Source of the DNA: Paragordius varius
Taxonomy: Eukaryota > Animalia > Nematomorpha
Length of the DNA stretch: 64,000 bases
Assembly (NCBI GenBank): GCA_964247055.1
Contig: OZ176055.1
Coordinates: 1,674,001-1,738,000, forward strand
Reading direction: 5' to 3'
Shown: one piece after another, positions 25,201 to 36,900 of the stretch
How positions within the stretch are numbered: the stretch's first letter is position 1
Layout: each line of letters starts with the position of its first letter
Position numbers and translations under genes: made by a program
The notes under the pieces: model-generated
The model's input: only the letters and a program-made list of their open reading frames with translations
Database searches by the model: none
What the model was told of the DNA's origin: nothing

Positions 25201-28200
25201 ATGAATGTTAAATTTAAACCCAAAATGTTGGTTTTTTTTATCATTTTTGACTTAATTCTTGTACAAAAAAAATCAGACAGACTACAATATAATTATGGGA
25301 GCCTAAAATTTTGCCTTTATTATTGATTATTAGAAATGTAGAATATTTTAATTTCTCAAAAAATGCTAGGAATAACCATGGAATGATTGATATATGAGAC
25401 AACAGGATATTTATTAATTTATAATGAAATTTTTTGCCAGCTTAATTTACACTACAAAAAGGGGAAACAACACTCTTACATTTATAAACTAAACCATATT
25501 GCAAAAACCATTTTTTAACATGTAAAAAGTGAAAAAATAAAATATACATTTTTATCGCTAAAACCGCAATTTACCGCGCTTTTACCGACAAATACCGACA
25601 TTACGCCTAACTCATCATATTTATTTTAAGAGAAGAAAAAAAAGCAAAAATTTATTTATATGTAAAAATACATCAACAGTACAAAATCATGATATAACAG
25701 CTGAAATTATTTAATACAATTTATGTTATTGGTTGTTTATATTTTAATATATTTTGTTGGCCTCAATTTGTTAGTGTATGCCATTAAAAAAACATATTAA
25801 ATTAACGTATCTTTAGTAATTAGCCTTTTAATTGGTTTTATCGATGCAAAATTTGCCGAAAAAAGTAGTTTAAAAATGGATTAATTTTAATATATCGTAT
25901 GATAATTCTTTTTTTTAATAAAAACCTTAATGTAAGGATATTTTGGCATTAACATCAATACCAAGAATAATAAGTTTTTCATTTTTTTTTGTAAAAGGAG
26001 ATGTAATTTTGAACTAAATCAATTATTTTATTCGAACTATTATAAATGGGCCTCGACACATTTCACTCTCTGAGATATTATATGAATGTAGAAAAACTGA
26101 TTTGTTTATACAGAAAACCATTCATCAAGGCATTTTCTAACGTCTTCGAAATTATCGAAGTGTAGATGCCAGGTGAGGAGATTTTAGCGGATGCAAAAGA
26201 ATGTCCCATCGAAGCGATTTCAAGTCTCTTTTACTGGTTTCGCGAAGCCTTGTCGCGAAGCAAAATCACTTTACTATGTATTCTGGCCCATTCTAGCCGT
26301 TTTTGGATGAATGCATAAAATCATTTGTTGGCGAATTGTGTATTAACGGTTTCACCGGGCTTCAAAAGTTTAAATACACAATACCGCTATGCAGACAGAG
26401 CATGGTTTTGCTAAAGCGATTGAACACTTGTGATTATGTATTGGCTTGCCAAGGTGAAAGTCACGATTTTTTCCGCTTTGGATTAAAATAGTAAAGCCCC
26501 TTCTCATCATCCCTCACAATTTGATCCAAAAATGATATCCTTTTGTGTCGTTAAAGCTGGATTACATAAAAGGCATTTTCGTTTTGACGTTCATTCACGT
26601 GTGGGACCCATTAACCGAGTTTATTGATATTTTCCATACGCAAATATTTGAGGTGGGTCATCATCCACCATATAACTTCCGTCTCTTCGCAGTTGTACCC
26701 GCACTCTCTCACATGAAAACACAACCTATTTCGAAATCATGTTTCACATGTGTTTATCGATAGATATGTTCACCTTATGTTTCTGCCAGCAAACGATAAC
26801 TTAGCCTTTTTATGATGGCGATGCCTGCGGAAAATATAATTTTTCAGGCACTAAAATAAATGTGAATAGAAAATGATTATAAATAAGACCCTTTTTTTGG
26901 CGAATACAACTTCTCTGAGTGTTTGTTGTTAAATGTTGTCAAAGCTAAATGAGGTCTGTATCAAATAGATCGTCCGCGTACTTTCACTAAATTTTCCCAG
27001 TTAAACCATCATAACTTATTATTGACTGTACCTGGTAATTAACTTTTTGAATTTTTAGCATGTGCCAATTTCAACACTTATCAGTCCCGAACCGGATGGT
27101 TTAAAAGAATTAAAGGGAAATATATTTAGGCATTTTAAATTATACTAGACTATTAAAATCATATTTTTGTAATATAAATAGAATTTGTGTTTCCACGGTT
27201 AAAAAATTAAAGTTTATAACAAATATTATAAATATAGTTTTACTAATTAAAAACAAAAAAATAAAATTAATAGTATAAGTCATAGTGATTTGAGGATAAA
27301 CTGTTTTTTGCAAAACTATTTTGCCCTTAACATTGATTTCCGTCTAACAAAATTTAGATGGGGGCGGGTGGACAGGGGCCAACTGCCATAAACAAACAAA
27401 CAATAGGTTGATTGAATGAGAATTAAAAATCCCAAAAATATCCAAAATATAATTGATAATAACTTAGCTTGAACCCAGATAAAATCTATGTTTAAAAGGT
27501 GACCTAGCTTTCAAATCTTAATTACCAGGGCCAAAACCATAAATCTCGGTTTATAGTTGTTGCTTTCTACCACAACCCTTTAAAACTCAAAGGCCCAGTA
27601 GTTTTATTATAATCCCTGAGGTTAGCCATTTTTAAAAAAAAGTAAATTGCGTTATTATTTTTTCAAAATTATATTTAATAAAATACTCTTCAAATTTACT
27701 ATCAATTTATATGATGCCTAACCAATTTATTCTTATACTAATTTTAAGCTTTAATACTCAATAAAGGCTAAAGCTAATCTCTGCTAAATGTCAAAAAGCT
27801 TTCGTGACAAATAATCAAAAAATTTAATCTCCTTATTGAAGTAAGTAACAAAATTATTTTTTCCCTAAAAGGACGATTAACTGTTCGCGTCGTGGCAACA
27901 ATCTATTTTCAATTATATAGATAGACTCAAATGATACAATACATTGAAAAGTAGGGAAATGTAAAAGATCAAAGAATAATTTTTGATAATAATCTATTAA
28001 TTTATGGGGCCGAAAATGGATATCTTTGACTTTATTTCGAATTTCTATTAGCAGATAAGTATAATTTAGTGATAGAGATAATCGTGACTAGAACCTCATA
28101 TAAAAAGAAACAATCGAAAAATAAATATATGTATTGTGTAAATTTCACATGATTATGATTAGAGAAATGTGAGAATATCTAATTAGTTAAGAGTTACGTT

Positions 28201-30838
28201 AGTATTTGGTCTGTTAGTTAAGATCTATTTAGTATGATTTTTTGGCTTTATATACAAATTCTATCGGATTGTTGGCATGTTGTTAGAAGAAAATTAAATA
28301 ATACATTAGCTCACCGGTTTCGGCTCTTACTTTAAGTATCAATGGCTGTTTCATAATAACAACATCTGGGGAAAAACCAAATTATAGGCCGTAAAATCGC
28401 CTCTAAAGCCCAAATTAATTCTTGACCTTAGTTTAAACAGGGATGTTCAACACAAATGGCTTCGCGGGCCTCATTCGAAATATATATGGGCATTTATAAT
28501 TTTATTAGATTTCAAACATAAGACTGCAAAATGCAAACTGAATGTAACAATTTTTTGTCATTCTGCTATTTGGGCAGACATATTTATAAAAATTTGTTTA
28601 AGAATTATCATTTTAGCAAGAGTTTATGGGTATATTTTTGCAAATTATGGATTTTACAGTTTTTGCCACCAGCGTGTTGGCTACTCTGGTTTTAAATAAC
28701 TGGTTTGTCAATCATTATATTATTACATTACTTTAATGTTTTTAGTGATTACTTCCAATTAACAAGGTTGTGTTGAAAATACGAGCCTTGAAATCCAAAA
28801 AACTAAGATTTTGCGTAAAGGCATAACAAATGATATTGTCCTACAAATAAAATAAAATATATATTTACGAAAGGTCGAATTTAGCAATTTAAATTGGCTC
28901 CTTCAATTTATTATGTCCCCGATAAAAAATCATCATTTATAATTGGAATTATATGCCTATGTTAATTATATATTTTTAACGGACAGTTTTTGAATTGAAA
29001 TAATGTATTGAATTGTCACACTTTTAATTTCAACTTACATTAATTTTAAGTTTATTTAACTACTCCTGATGATGCCTTTGGGCGAAAATTTGAGTTTCTA
29101 ATAATCTTATTTAATATTTATGACGTTAATCAATACTTATTAAATTATATTTATCCTAAGGTACCATGATTTATTTATAAAATCCAATTTTATTGAATAT
29201 GGCCTTCAGAAAAAAATTATATAGATTCGGCCGAAGAATGTTATATTAACTCATTTAGAATGATGTATTGTGACTATGCTTTAATGGAATTATCCATGCA
29301 ATAATATCGTTACAAACATATATATGAAACTGAAGATAAATTTGTTGTCGCTTTTATTTATAATTTAGATTTTAAGTGTTATTGAAAACTATATTTTTGA
29401 AAATGTTTTAGGGACTAATGGACAACCAAGGAGACGTGGTCGCCAAACTTATTCCCGTTATCAAACTTTAGAATTAGAAAAGGAATTTCGATACAATCAC
29501 TATTTGACGCGCAGGCGAAGGCTTGAAATATCACATAATCTATGTTTAACAGAACGTCAAATAAAAATCTGGTTCCAGAACCGACGTATGAAATTGAAAA
29601 AAGAAAATCAAACAGTTAAATTGCTCAACAAAGAAGCGAAAAAAGGAAAATCGGGTAAGATTTAATTGACACACAGCCTTTCTTATGGCTAATTAGTTAT
29701 ATAATTCAAAAAAAATGAAACCTTGGGTGCTTAATTTTTTCACTCATTTATTAATTTACAATTCAAATATACCCTTAAACAATTCAAATTCACCCTTAAA
29801 CAATTTAAATTGACCTTAATATAAATTATGTTTTTAGGATTACAAATACCTTTTTTTATATTTTAAAAGAATGAAATTTAGGTCAAAATTAATATAATAC
29901 TGAAAAAATAATAAAATATGCCAAAAGATTATATTCTTATTAATGATAAATTATATTAGCCCGAAAACACATAATTTATTTTAAGGGTGAATTTGAACTA
30001 CAATTCGAGTATTTTAAGTTTTAAAAGCTACGACCAAAATATTTATTATCATCTGTTTGGCGCATTTAATGTTGGGCTTTTATTACACTTATATGGCTAG
30101 CTACGCCATATTATTTAATCTATATGTCCATCATTCACTCTATTAAATTAATGTCAACAAGTGTCTAAAAACTACATATATATGTACAAAAAATATTTTA
30201 CGTATTTAAAATAAGGTTTAGATTCCCCTTATGATACATCTCAATTCCACAATCATGATTTGGACTCATTCTCATCTACCAGTGAGGATTTTGGCCTAGA
30301 GATCCAAGATGATATGAATGAAATTGCACATCACCTTGATATGTCGGCATATCCAATCGACTCTGATAAGCTAACTGGTGGTAAAACTATTCAGCAAAAC
30401 ATTTCAGGCAAACAATTGGGCTTGGATAAAGATGGGTATCAAAAAAATGGGCCATGCATTAAACCATACCACAGTACAGGTAATTATGGCGCTCCTGGAA
30501 CAAATAAAGATTACACCAATGGTTATAATAATGTTGTTAATGGTCATAACAATGAAACTTGTAGCAATGTCACGATTCATCATTACAATGATCCAAATAA
30601 AGCGTCAACTTTGAAGAGGTTTAATGAGGAAAACTCAACTGTTAATATGAATCCATCTCAATTTAATTATGGTTCAAGAAATTTGAAAACACACAATAAT
30701 GCGTATTCGAGTGGTTTGAATACACCACACCTTGTAACGTCTAACAACAATAATAATCAACAAATGTTTAATTATGGTGAAAACTTTGGAAATCCCCAGT
30801 GCAAACCTATATACGGTGCTTCGTTTGCAAATTTATAA
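19221..30838 (+). CDS. Lox4: Central-class Hox protein of the UbdA group (Lox4-like; Lox2/Ubx/abd-A related), 3 exons, 435 aa
   Basis: Exons 19221-19668, 29412-29654, 30222-30838 (1308 nt, all phase 1). Exon 1 ends with hexapeptide-like WYSWM. Exon 2 encodes [65 protein letters not shown] plus NQTVKLLN (degenerate UbdA peptide). Exact orthologue is an inference. Confidence 0.88.
20612..21188. mobile_element. MITE family D, piggyBac-like, 577 bp (Hox intron 1)
   Basis: TTAA on both sides, termini CACTTCGATTCAA / TTGTATTCAAGTG, and asymmetric internal inverted repeat ttcgattcaaattggggta / taccccaatttgaatcgaa. Confidence 0.9.
21986..22274. mobile_element. MITE family C, Tc1-like, 289 bp
   Basis: TA-CAGTAAAAATTGAAATTATAAGGACAAAACGTAAAAA ... 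TTTTTACTTTTTGTCCGTATAGTTACAGTTTTTACTG-TA. Confidence 0.85.
25961..27035 (-). mobile_element. Decayed mariner (Mos1-like) transposon in Hox intron 1
   Basis: Minus-strand remnants [20 protein letters not shown] and [17 protein letters not shown] resemble mariner WEVLPHAAYSPDLAPSD and RFDSYESVKKWLDEWF. Possible TIR TA-CCAGGTACAGTCAATAATAAGTT at 27035 with a partial partner at 25961. DNA similarity to the 62.3-63.3 kb remnant. Ends approximate. Confidence 0.8.
28438..28688. mobile_element. Non-autonomous hAT-like element (family E)
   Basis: CAGGGATGTTCAAC..GCGGGCC left end, GTTGGCTACTCTG right end. Flanks agtttaaa / gttttaaa form an imperfect 8-bp TSD resembling the GTTTAAAC site of the 12.7-kb hAT. 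Confidence 0.5.
29412..29654 (+). CDS. Homeobox exon of the Hox gene (missed by the ORF track)
   Basis: ttttAG acceptor at 29410-29411, full Antp-class homeodomain, GTAAGA donor at 29655. Confidence 0.97.
29755..30003. mobile_element. MITE family A (Hox intron 2)
   Basis: tttacaattcaaatatacccttaaacaattcaaattcaccctt ... aagggtgaatttgaacta; outer ends eroded. Confidence 0.8.
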
Positions 30839-31724
30839 TTAACATCTTTTTTAGTATTATTACATGTTATAATATTTATTTTATTTTTCCACGCTTCCAA
30901 CCATAGTTTAACGAAAATTCAATATATATTGCAAAATGTTGTAAAAAATTAACATTTATATATATCATTACCATGTTTTTGTTCACATAATTATGTTAAA
31001 TCTTCATTGTTAAGTTAACCCTTAATTTTTTTAGACATACAATGCAGCCAAAAAATTGACAAATTATTAAACACAAACCCTAAAACGGACAAGATAAGTA
31101 TTATAAATAAGTCTCAGAGTATTACATTTGCATCGTTTATGTATAATTAACTCTATTCTATAAACATTGTTAATAAATTGTTGTTTATATTTATTTTGAA
31201 AATTAAATTTGATCAATCACGACTTGATTTTTGGTAAAGATAGGCCAACCGAATTTGCAGTTCGTTCAATATTTTCTTTAGAGCTGTTATTATAATATTT
31301 TTCGCATAATTTCTGTCATTATAGTAAATTATACTTTGTATTGGTGCATTGACATACAATATGAATTAAAATTGTGATAAAGCATGGTTAAAGGCATATC
31401 GCCTCTGCAAAATCGGTTACTTGTGACTTCGTTGTTATATACTATGGATTTAAGCAGCTTTCTAAAAGAAGGATTTGTCTTTATTTATAATATATGCAAA
31501 CTTTTTTATTTGCCAGAATCCGCAAATTTTTTAATAAAGTTTTGTAGGCATGGGTACTCATGACCATTGAATCATAAAGACATGTGTTTAAAGATAGAAA
31601 TGTTTTTGTATATAAATAATACTTTTCTATAGCAAATCTTTTAATAACCTTATACTCAATGTTTTTATATCAATAATCTTCAAATGACCTAGATATTCAT
31701 CTTTATAAATTCTATGGCCTTTAA

Positions 31725-32296
31725 CACTTCGATTCAAATTGGGGTATCTAAATACCCCAGACTAAATTTAAATTAATATTTTAAAAAAACTACTGAAGGA
31801 AACGGTCTAAATTTAAATTTATGCTTCTATCCTGAGAAATATTATATAAATATGCCAAAATATCTTGATAAAATTTTGTTTTGAAAAAAAAGCTCCATCT
31901 CAAATTCGACGCCATTTTTATTTTACAAAATTTTTGCAAAATATCGTATTTATTTAATTTTAAGGGTAAAACTAAAGCTTATATAAATTACATCTAACAT
32001 TGATAGAAATGGAAAAAGCGGTTTAGTTTGTATAATTTTTCTATTTTACAATTTGACACATGTCACGTTGACGAAATTTTTACCTTTCGGTTGTAGCTTA
32101 AAACAAGTAATATCAAGTATTTTTGAATAAAATTTTTTATATATATCGGTTTATTAATGTTAGATAAGTGCAAAATTTTGCCATGGTTTCGATTCCTTCT
32201 ATATTTTTTTAAAGAATTTAATTTTAAACAGGCCTGGGGTATCCAACTACCCCAATTTGAATCGAAGGACTAAAATGAGTGTGTTGTATCCAAGTG
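31725..32296. mobile_element. MITE family D, piggyBac-like
   Basis: TTAA-CACTTCGATTCAAATTGGGG ... TTGTATCCAAGTG-TTAA, colinear with 20612-21188. Confidence 0.92.
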
Positions 32297-32398
32297 TTAA
32301 GCGCATTTATACTGAAAATATTATATATTATTTTAAAGTTTAAGCCGCTCACAAAATAAATTGGCAAAAAAAATATTTTGGCAATGATATTATTTTAA

Positions 32399-32954
32399 CA
32401 CATAGATTTGAATTCGGGTATCTAAATATCTTAAACTATTTAAATTGAAAATTAAAAAAAAACGAAAGAAACGGTCCTAATTTAAATTTATGCTTTTATC
32501 CTAATTAAAATTATATATAAACCGAAGTATCTAAACAAAATTTGGTTTTGAAAAAAAAAGTTCCATATCAAACTATTTCGACGCCAGTTTTTTACAACGT
32601 AAATGCAAAATAACGTGTTTTTTGTTTTTTTGGCTACAATGAAAGCTAAATTTTCATTTAAATCACATCTAACATTCATAGAAACAGAAAAAGTGGCTTA
32701 TTTTGTATCATTTTTAATTTAGCTATAAATAGGTCATGTTGACTAAATTTTAACAATTAGGTTTTAACTAAAAAGAAGTCATATCAAGAAGATTTTTTAT
32801 ATCTTTCAGTCCATTAATGTTATATATGTGCAAAGTTTGCCATGGTTTAAATTCATTCCATATTTATTGAACTAATCAATTTTAAATAGGCCTGGGATAC
32901 TCAATAACCCAAATATAATTCGTAGGATTAAAATGTATGTGTTGTATCCAAATG
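32399..32954. mobile_element. MITE family D, older degenerate copy
   Basis: TTAA-flanked and colinear but more diverged; lies about 100 bp after the previous copy. Confidence 0.8.
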
Positions 32955-33938
32955 TTAATTATCAGTTATAGCCAAAAAATATTTGTTTCATTGAATCTTG
33001 TGCGTTATGAGTAATAACATTATTACCTTATTATTTGTAGGGATGACATTTAGAATAAAAAAACTGCATTGAAGTTGTTTTAAATATGAGTATCAACCAC
33101 CCTCTTATATTACTATATAAAAACTTGGAATTCTTGGTCTTTGACTTCGACAAATTTTGGTATAGCTTAAACATAATTTGAATAGCTTATGTTAAAAATA
33201 TCAAAAATTTGCTGAAGTATAATGGCTTAACAAAGGTTATTTATATTTTTACAAAATATGACGAAAAAAAATTTTGGGATGAGGATTTTTTAAAATTCCC
33301 AATTTTTTTAGAGCCTAAAATAAAGAAAGAATATTTTAAATCTTGGCCCAATGCTAAAAATTTTTTTATGGTATTTTATAGGTTCTTAAATATAATAAAA
33401 GTAGTCAAAAATATTTTTTGAGGTATTATTAGCATTGGGCCAAATTTTGTTCTTTATCGGCCTTTTTAAATCATAAGAAAATGCAGAATTGTTAGGTCTT
33501 AATAAACTTTTTGACCACGGATTATTTGTTAGTATTTATATCGCTAACAAAATAAAATTATGTTAGTAAATATAAAATTAACCTAAATAAGCTAAAAGGT
33601 GTTTTAATATAAAAATTTTAATAGAAATTCAAAATCACCTGTTAGTTAAATTGTGATTTTGAGCTATCCCGTATTCATACATAAGCTCTTTTATAAATAC
33701 AGTGGAGTTAATATTTAAGAATTAAATTTGACCCACATCAATGTTTATAATTTTAATTTAGGACCTGAGGCATAAAACCACCTCAATCTAAAAAATGTAA
33801 AGAAGTGTTAAGATCTAAAACAGTAGACTATTTATATCTGGGACACGATTTTATCAAATAATATTTTTTAATTTCAGATTCGGAGGCTTATAGATGGTGA
33901 TAAGAGCGTAAAAAGTTATATAAACAAATGTTAAACAC

Positions 33939-36900
33939 ATGAAATTTGAAATTTTGAAAACGATATGGGACGTAAAGGATCGTTACCAGGACTTACAATT
34001 TATTGGGTGCGGCAATTTCGGTCAAGTTTGGTATTTATTTTATAAAAATTTAAAAGTTTGTCCAAAGATAATTTGTCAAATCAAAATGTGGCTATTAAAA
34101 AGTTATGGAGACCCTTTTCAGATTTATATTATGCTAAACGAACTTTTTCAGAGATTTGGCTTTTGAAAAATTTGAAGCACGATAATCTAATTAGTCTTGT
34201 AGATATATTTACATTGGAGTCATCAGAACAACTTGAAATGTTTTTAACTTTTTTATATTAGTTATTTAGTTACACCTTACATGGGCTTTGATCTTTCAAG
34301 CATCACAAAAATACAGGATTTGACTCCTGAACATATTCAATTTATAGCTTATCAATTATTTCGAGGTCTTAAAGTAATTTTTTAGTTTTATAAAATAGTA
34401 TCTTCATTCCGCCTTTATTATCCATCGTGACTTAAAACCAAACAATATTGTAGTAAATGAAAATTGTGAACTTAAAGTATGAAATACTGTTTAAAGTTTT
34501 TGAATTTGGTCAATATAATATTTACCAAATTTTTTAACATAAGATCTTATACACTTCGAAATTTAATATAAAAGAAAATTATTAAAATCGCGCAACATAG
34601 ATCCTGGATTATGGTTTGGCACGTAGTTGTTTTGATGCAGAAACTAAAAAGCCCGATATTTTGGGAGGAGATGAAAAAACGGAATTAATGACTGGTTATG
34701 TGGCTACCCGATGGTATCGTGCCCCAGAACTTATATGGCATTCGCCTCATTACAATAGTGCTGGTTAGAATTTTTTTGTTTCTTTTAGCAATAAATTTGT
34801 AAAATTTTAGTATGGTATATTATAAATACTTACTAAGGCACGGCCTAAAACTGTCGGAAAAACACTCTCTAATATTATCGACAAAAAAGACATATTATTA
34901 AACTTGTATAGTATAAGCTATTGTTTGATTTGCAAAATAAAGGATAAATATGTAAAATAGTACATTTTTTTAATTTGAAAAAAAAATGTGGAAAAATATG
35001 ATTATTTTAGTTAGCGTTCATATTATTTTGATTTATTTTATAAATTTATCAAACCGAAACCTCTAAACTGCTTCACAAGATATATAATTCTTACTTTTTA
35101 TGAAATTGTTAATTTTATATATTAATACAGTTTAATATTATAAATTATGAGTGGGTATACATTGCTAGAAAGTTATTAATTATTGCCAAATAGCATATGA
35201 AAAAAGGGCAGTATTATTGGCTTATAGTTATTTTTTTCACTTTTTCCTATTATTAGTCAATAATAATTCTCTTTGCTGCATATGTTATTTGATAATTTAT
35301 AACTTTCAATAATATCTTTGTAACAATATATACTTACTCTACTGTAATACCTGAAAAATAAAACAGCCTATGTTTCAAATCATTATGTCACACACAATGC
35401 ATTTTACTGGATTATTATGGTTTTAGCCTTTCATCTATATTGTATTAATCAAATTATGGTTCATTTGTAATTAATAAATATAATAATTTGAATTTATAAA
35501 TCATTTAATTAAAATAAGAATGAAAGCAACCAATATATTTGTAATATAACCTTATCAGATCCGAACAATGTTTTATTAACAATTTTTTATTTTCTTATTA
35601 ATTTTATAACTTTATAATTATCTTCATTACTAAGCAATGCACTAAAATGATTTTTGATAAATTTACGATCATGTTATTTTTAGTGGAATACGCGCAATTA
35701 CAATATATAATACAGATATAAACTAGTTGAATTCAATTTATGGTTTAAAAAACTTTTTACTCTAGCTCCTCTAATGTTAAATTAAAGTTATTTTACAGTT
35801 TTTTATCATTTTATTGTTACAAAATGTTTAGTTGATATCTGGTCAGCGGGATGCATAATTGCCGAATTAATTATCCATAAAGTACTTTTCCCAGGGAATG
35901 GACGTAATATTTTTTTTTATTTTCAAAATAAAATATTTTTTTAATTTTTTTATAGTTTTATATTTTGTATAATTAATAAATTTTTACTGTCTTAACAACA
36001 TGCATTAATAAAAAAAACTTTTTTTTGCGTAATGCTTGGTAAATTATCACTTTTTCTAATTATACGCATTTGGTTTAAAAAATATTTTTATCAAAATTAT
36101 ATTCATAAATACATATTTAGTTATAATTTTAACTACATTTTACATTTTTTTTAATTAATATATGTATAAATAAATATATATGTCAATAGCTATAGATCAA
36201 TTAGTAAAAATCACTGAAATTCGTGGGATGCCTCCACCCAATTTTCTCGATAAAATTACCGCAACTTCAAAAGAGGTGTGCTTTTTATTTTAAAAATAGT
36301 TTTTTGAAACCGATTTTATTTAATTTAAAATTTATAGTGAGTAAGTATTTTAAATAATATAATGAAAAAAAAACGTTAATTTATTTCCTTAAAAACTAAT
36401 TATATTAGTATTTAATTTTTTTAATTATATGTATATATTATCTATTTTTATGTAATAATGTAACATCTTGGTGTTGATTTTTTAAAGCTGTATTTAAAAT
36501 TAAATTAGACTCAGATATACAGTATGCCTTTTAATGGTCGCTTATTTCACACATTATAATAGGGGGCAATTTGCAACACAGGAGTGTATGGAAAAAAATA
36601 AAGAATATAATTGTTTATTCCACATTTTGTTGTTTTTTTCATACTCTACTGTGTTGCAAATTGTTTTATTATAGTGTGTGAAATAAGCAACCATTAAAAT
36701 GCATACTGTATTTGTTCCACATTATATTCATTATGCTTTACTCTAAAAATTATAGAATATTCTCTAAAGATATTTTTCCCACTTTCTTCTTCTTTTATTA
36801 TATATGAGAATTCTTTTGTAAAAACTGATTTTTTTGGATTCTAAATTATATATTGCTATATTCTATAAAATTTTAAATGTCATTGAATATGCTAGTATAA

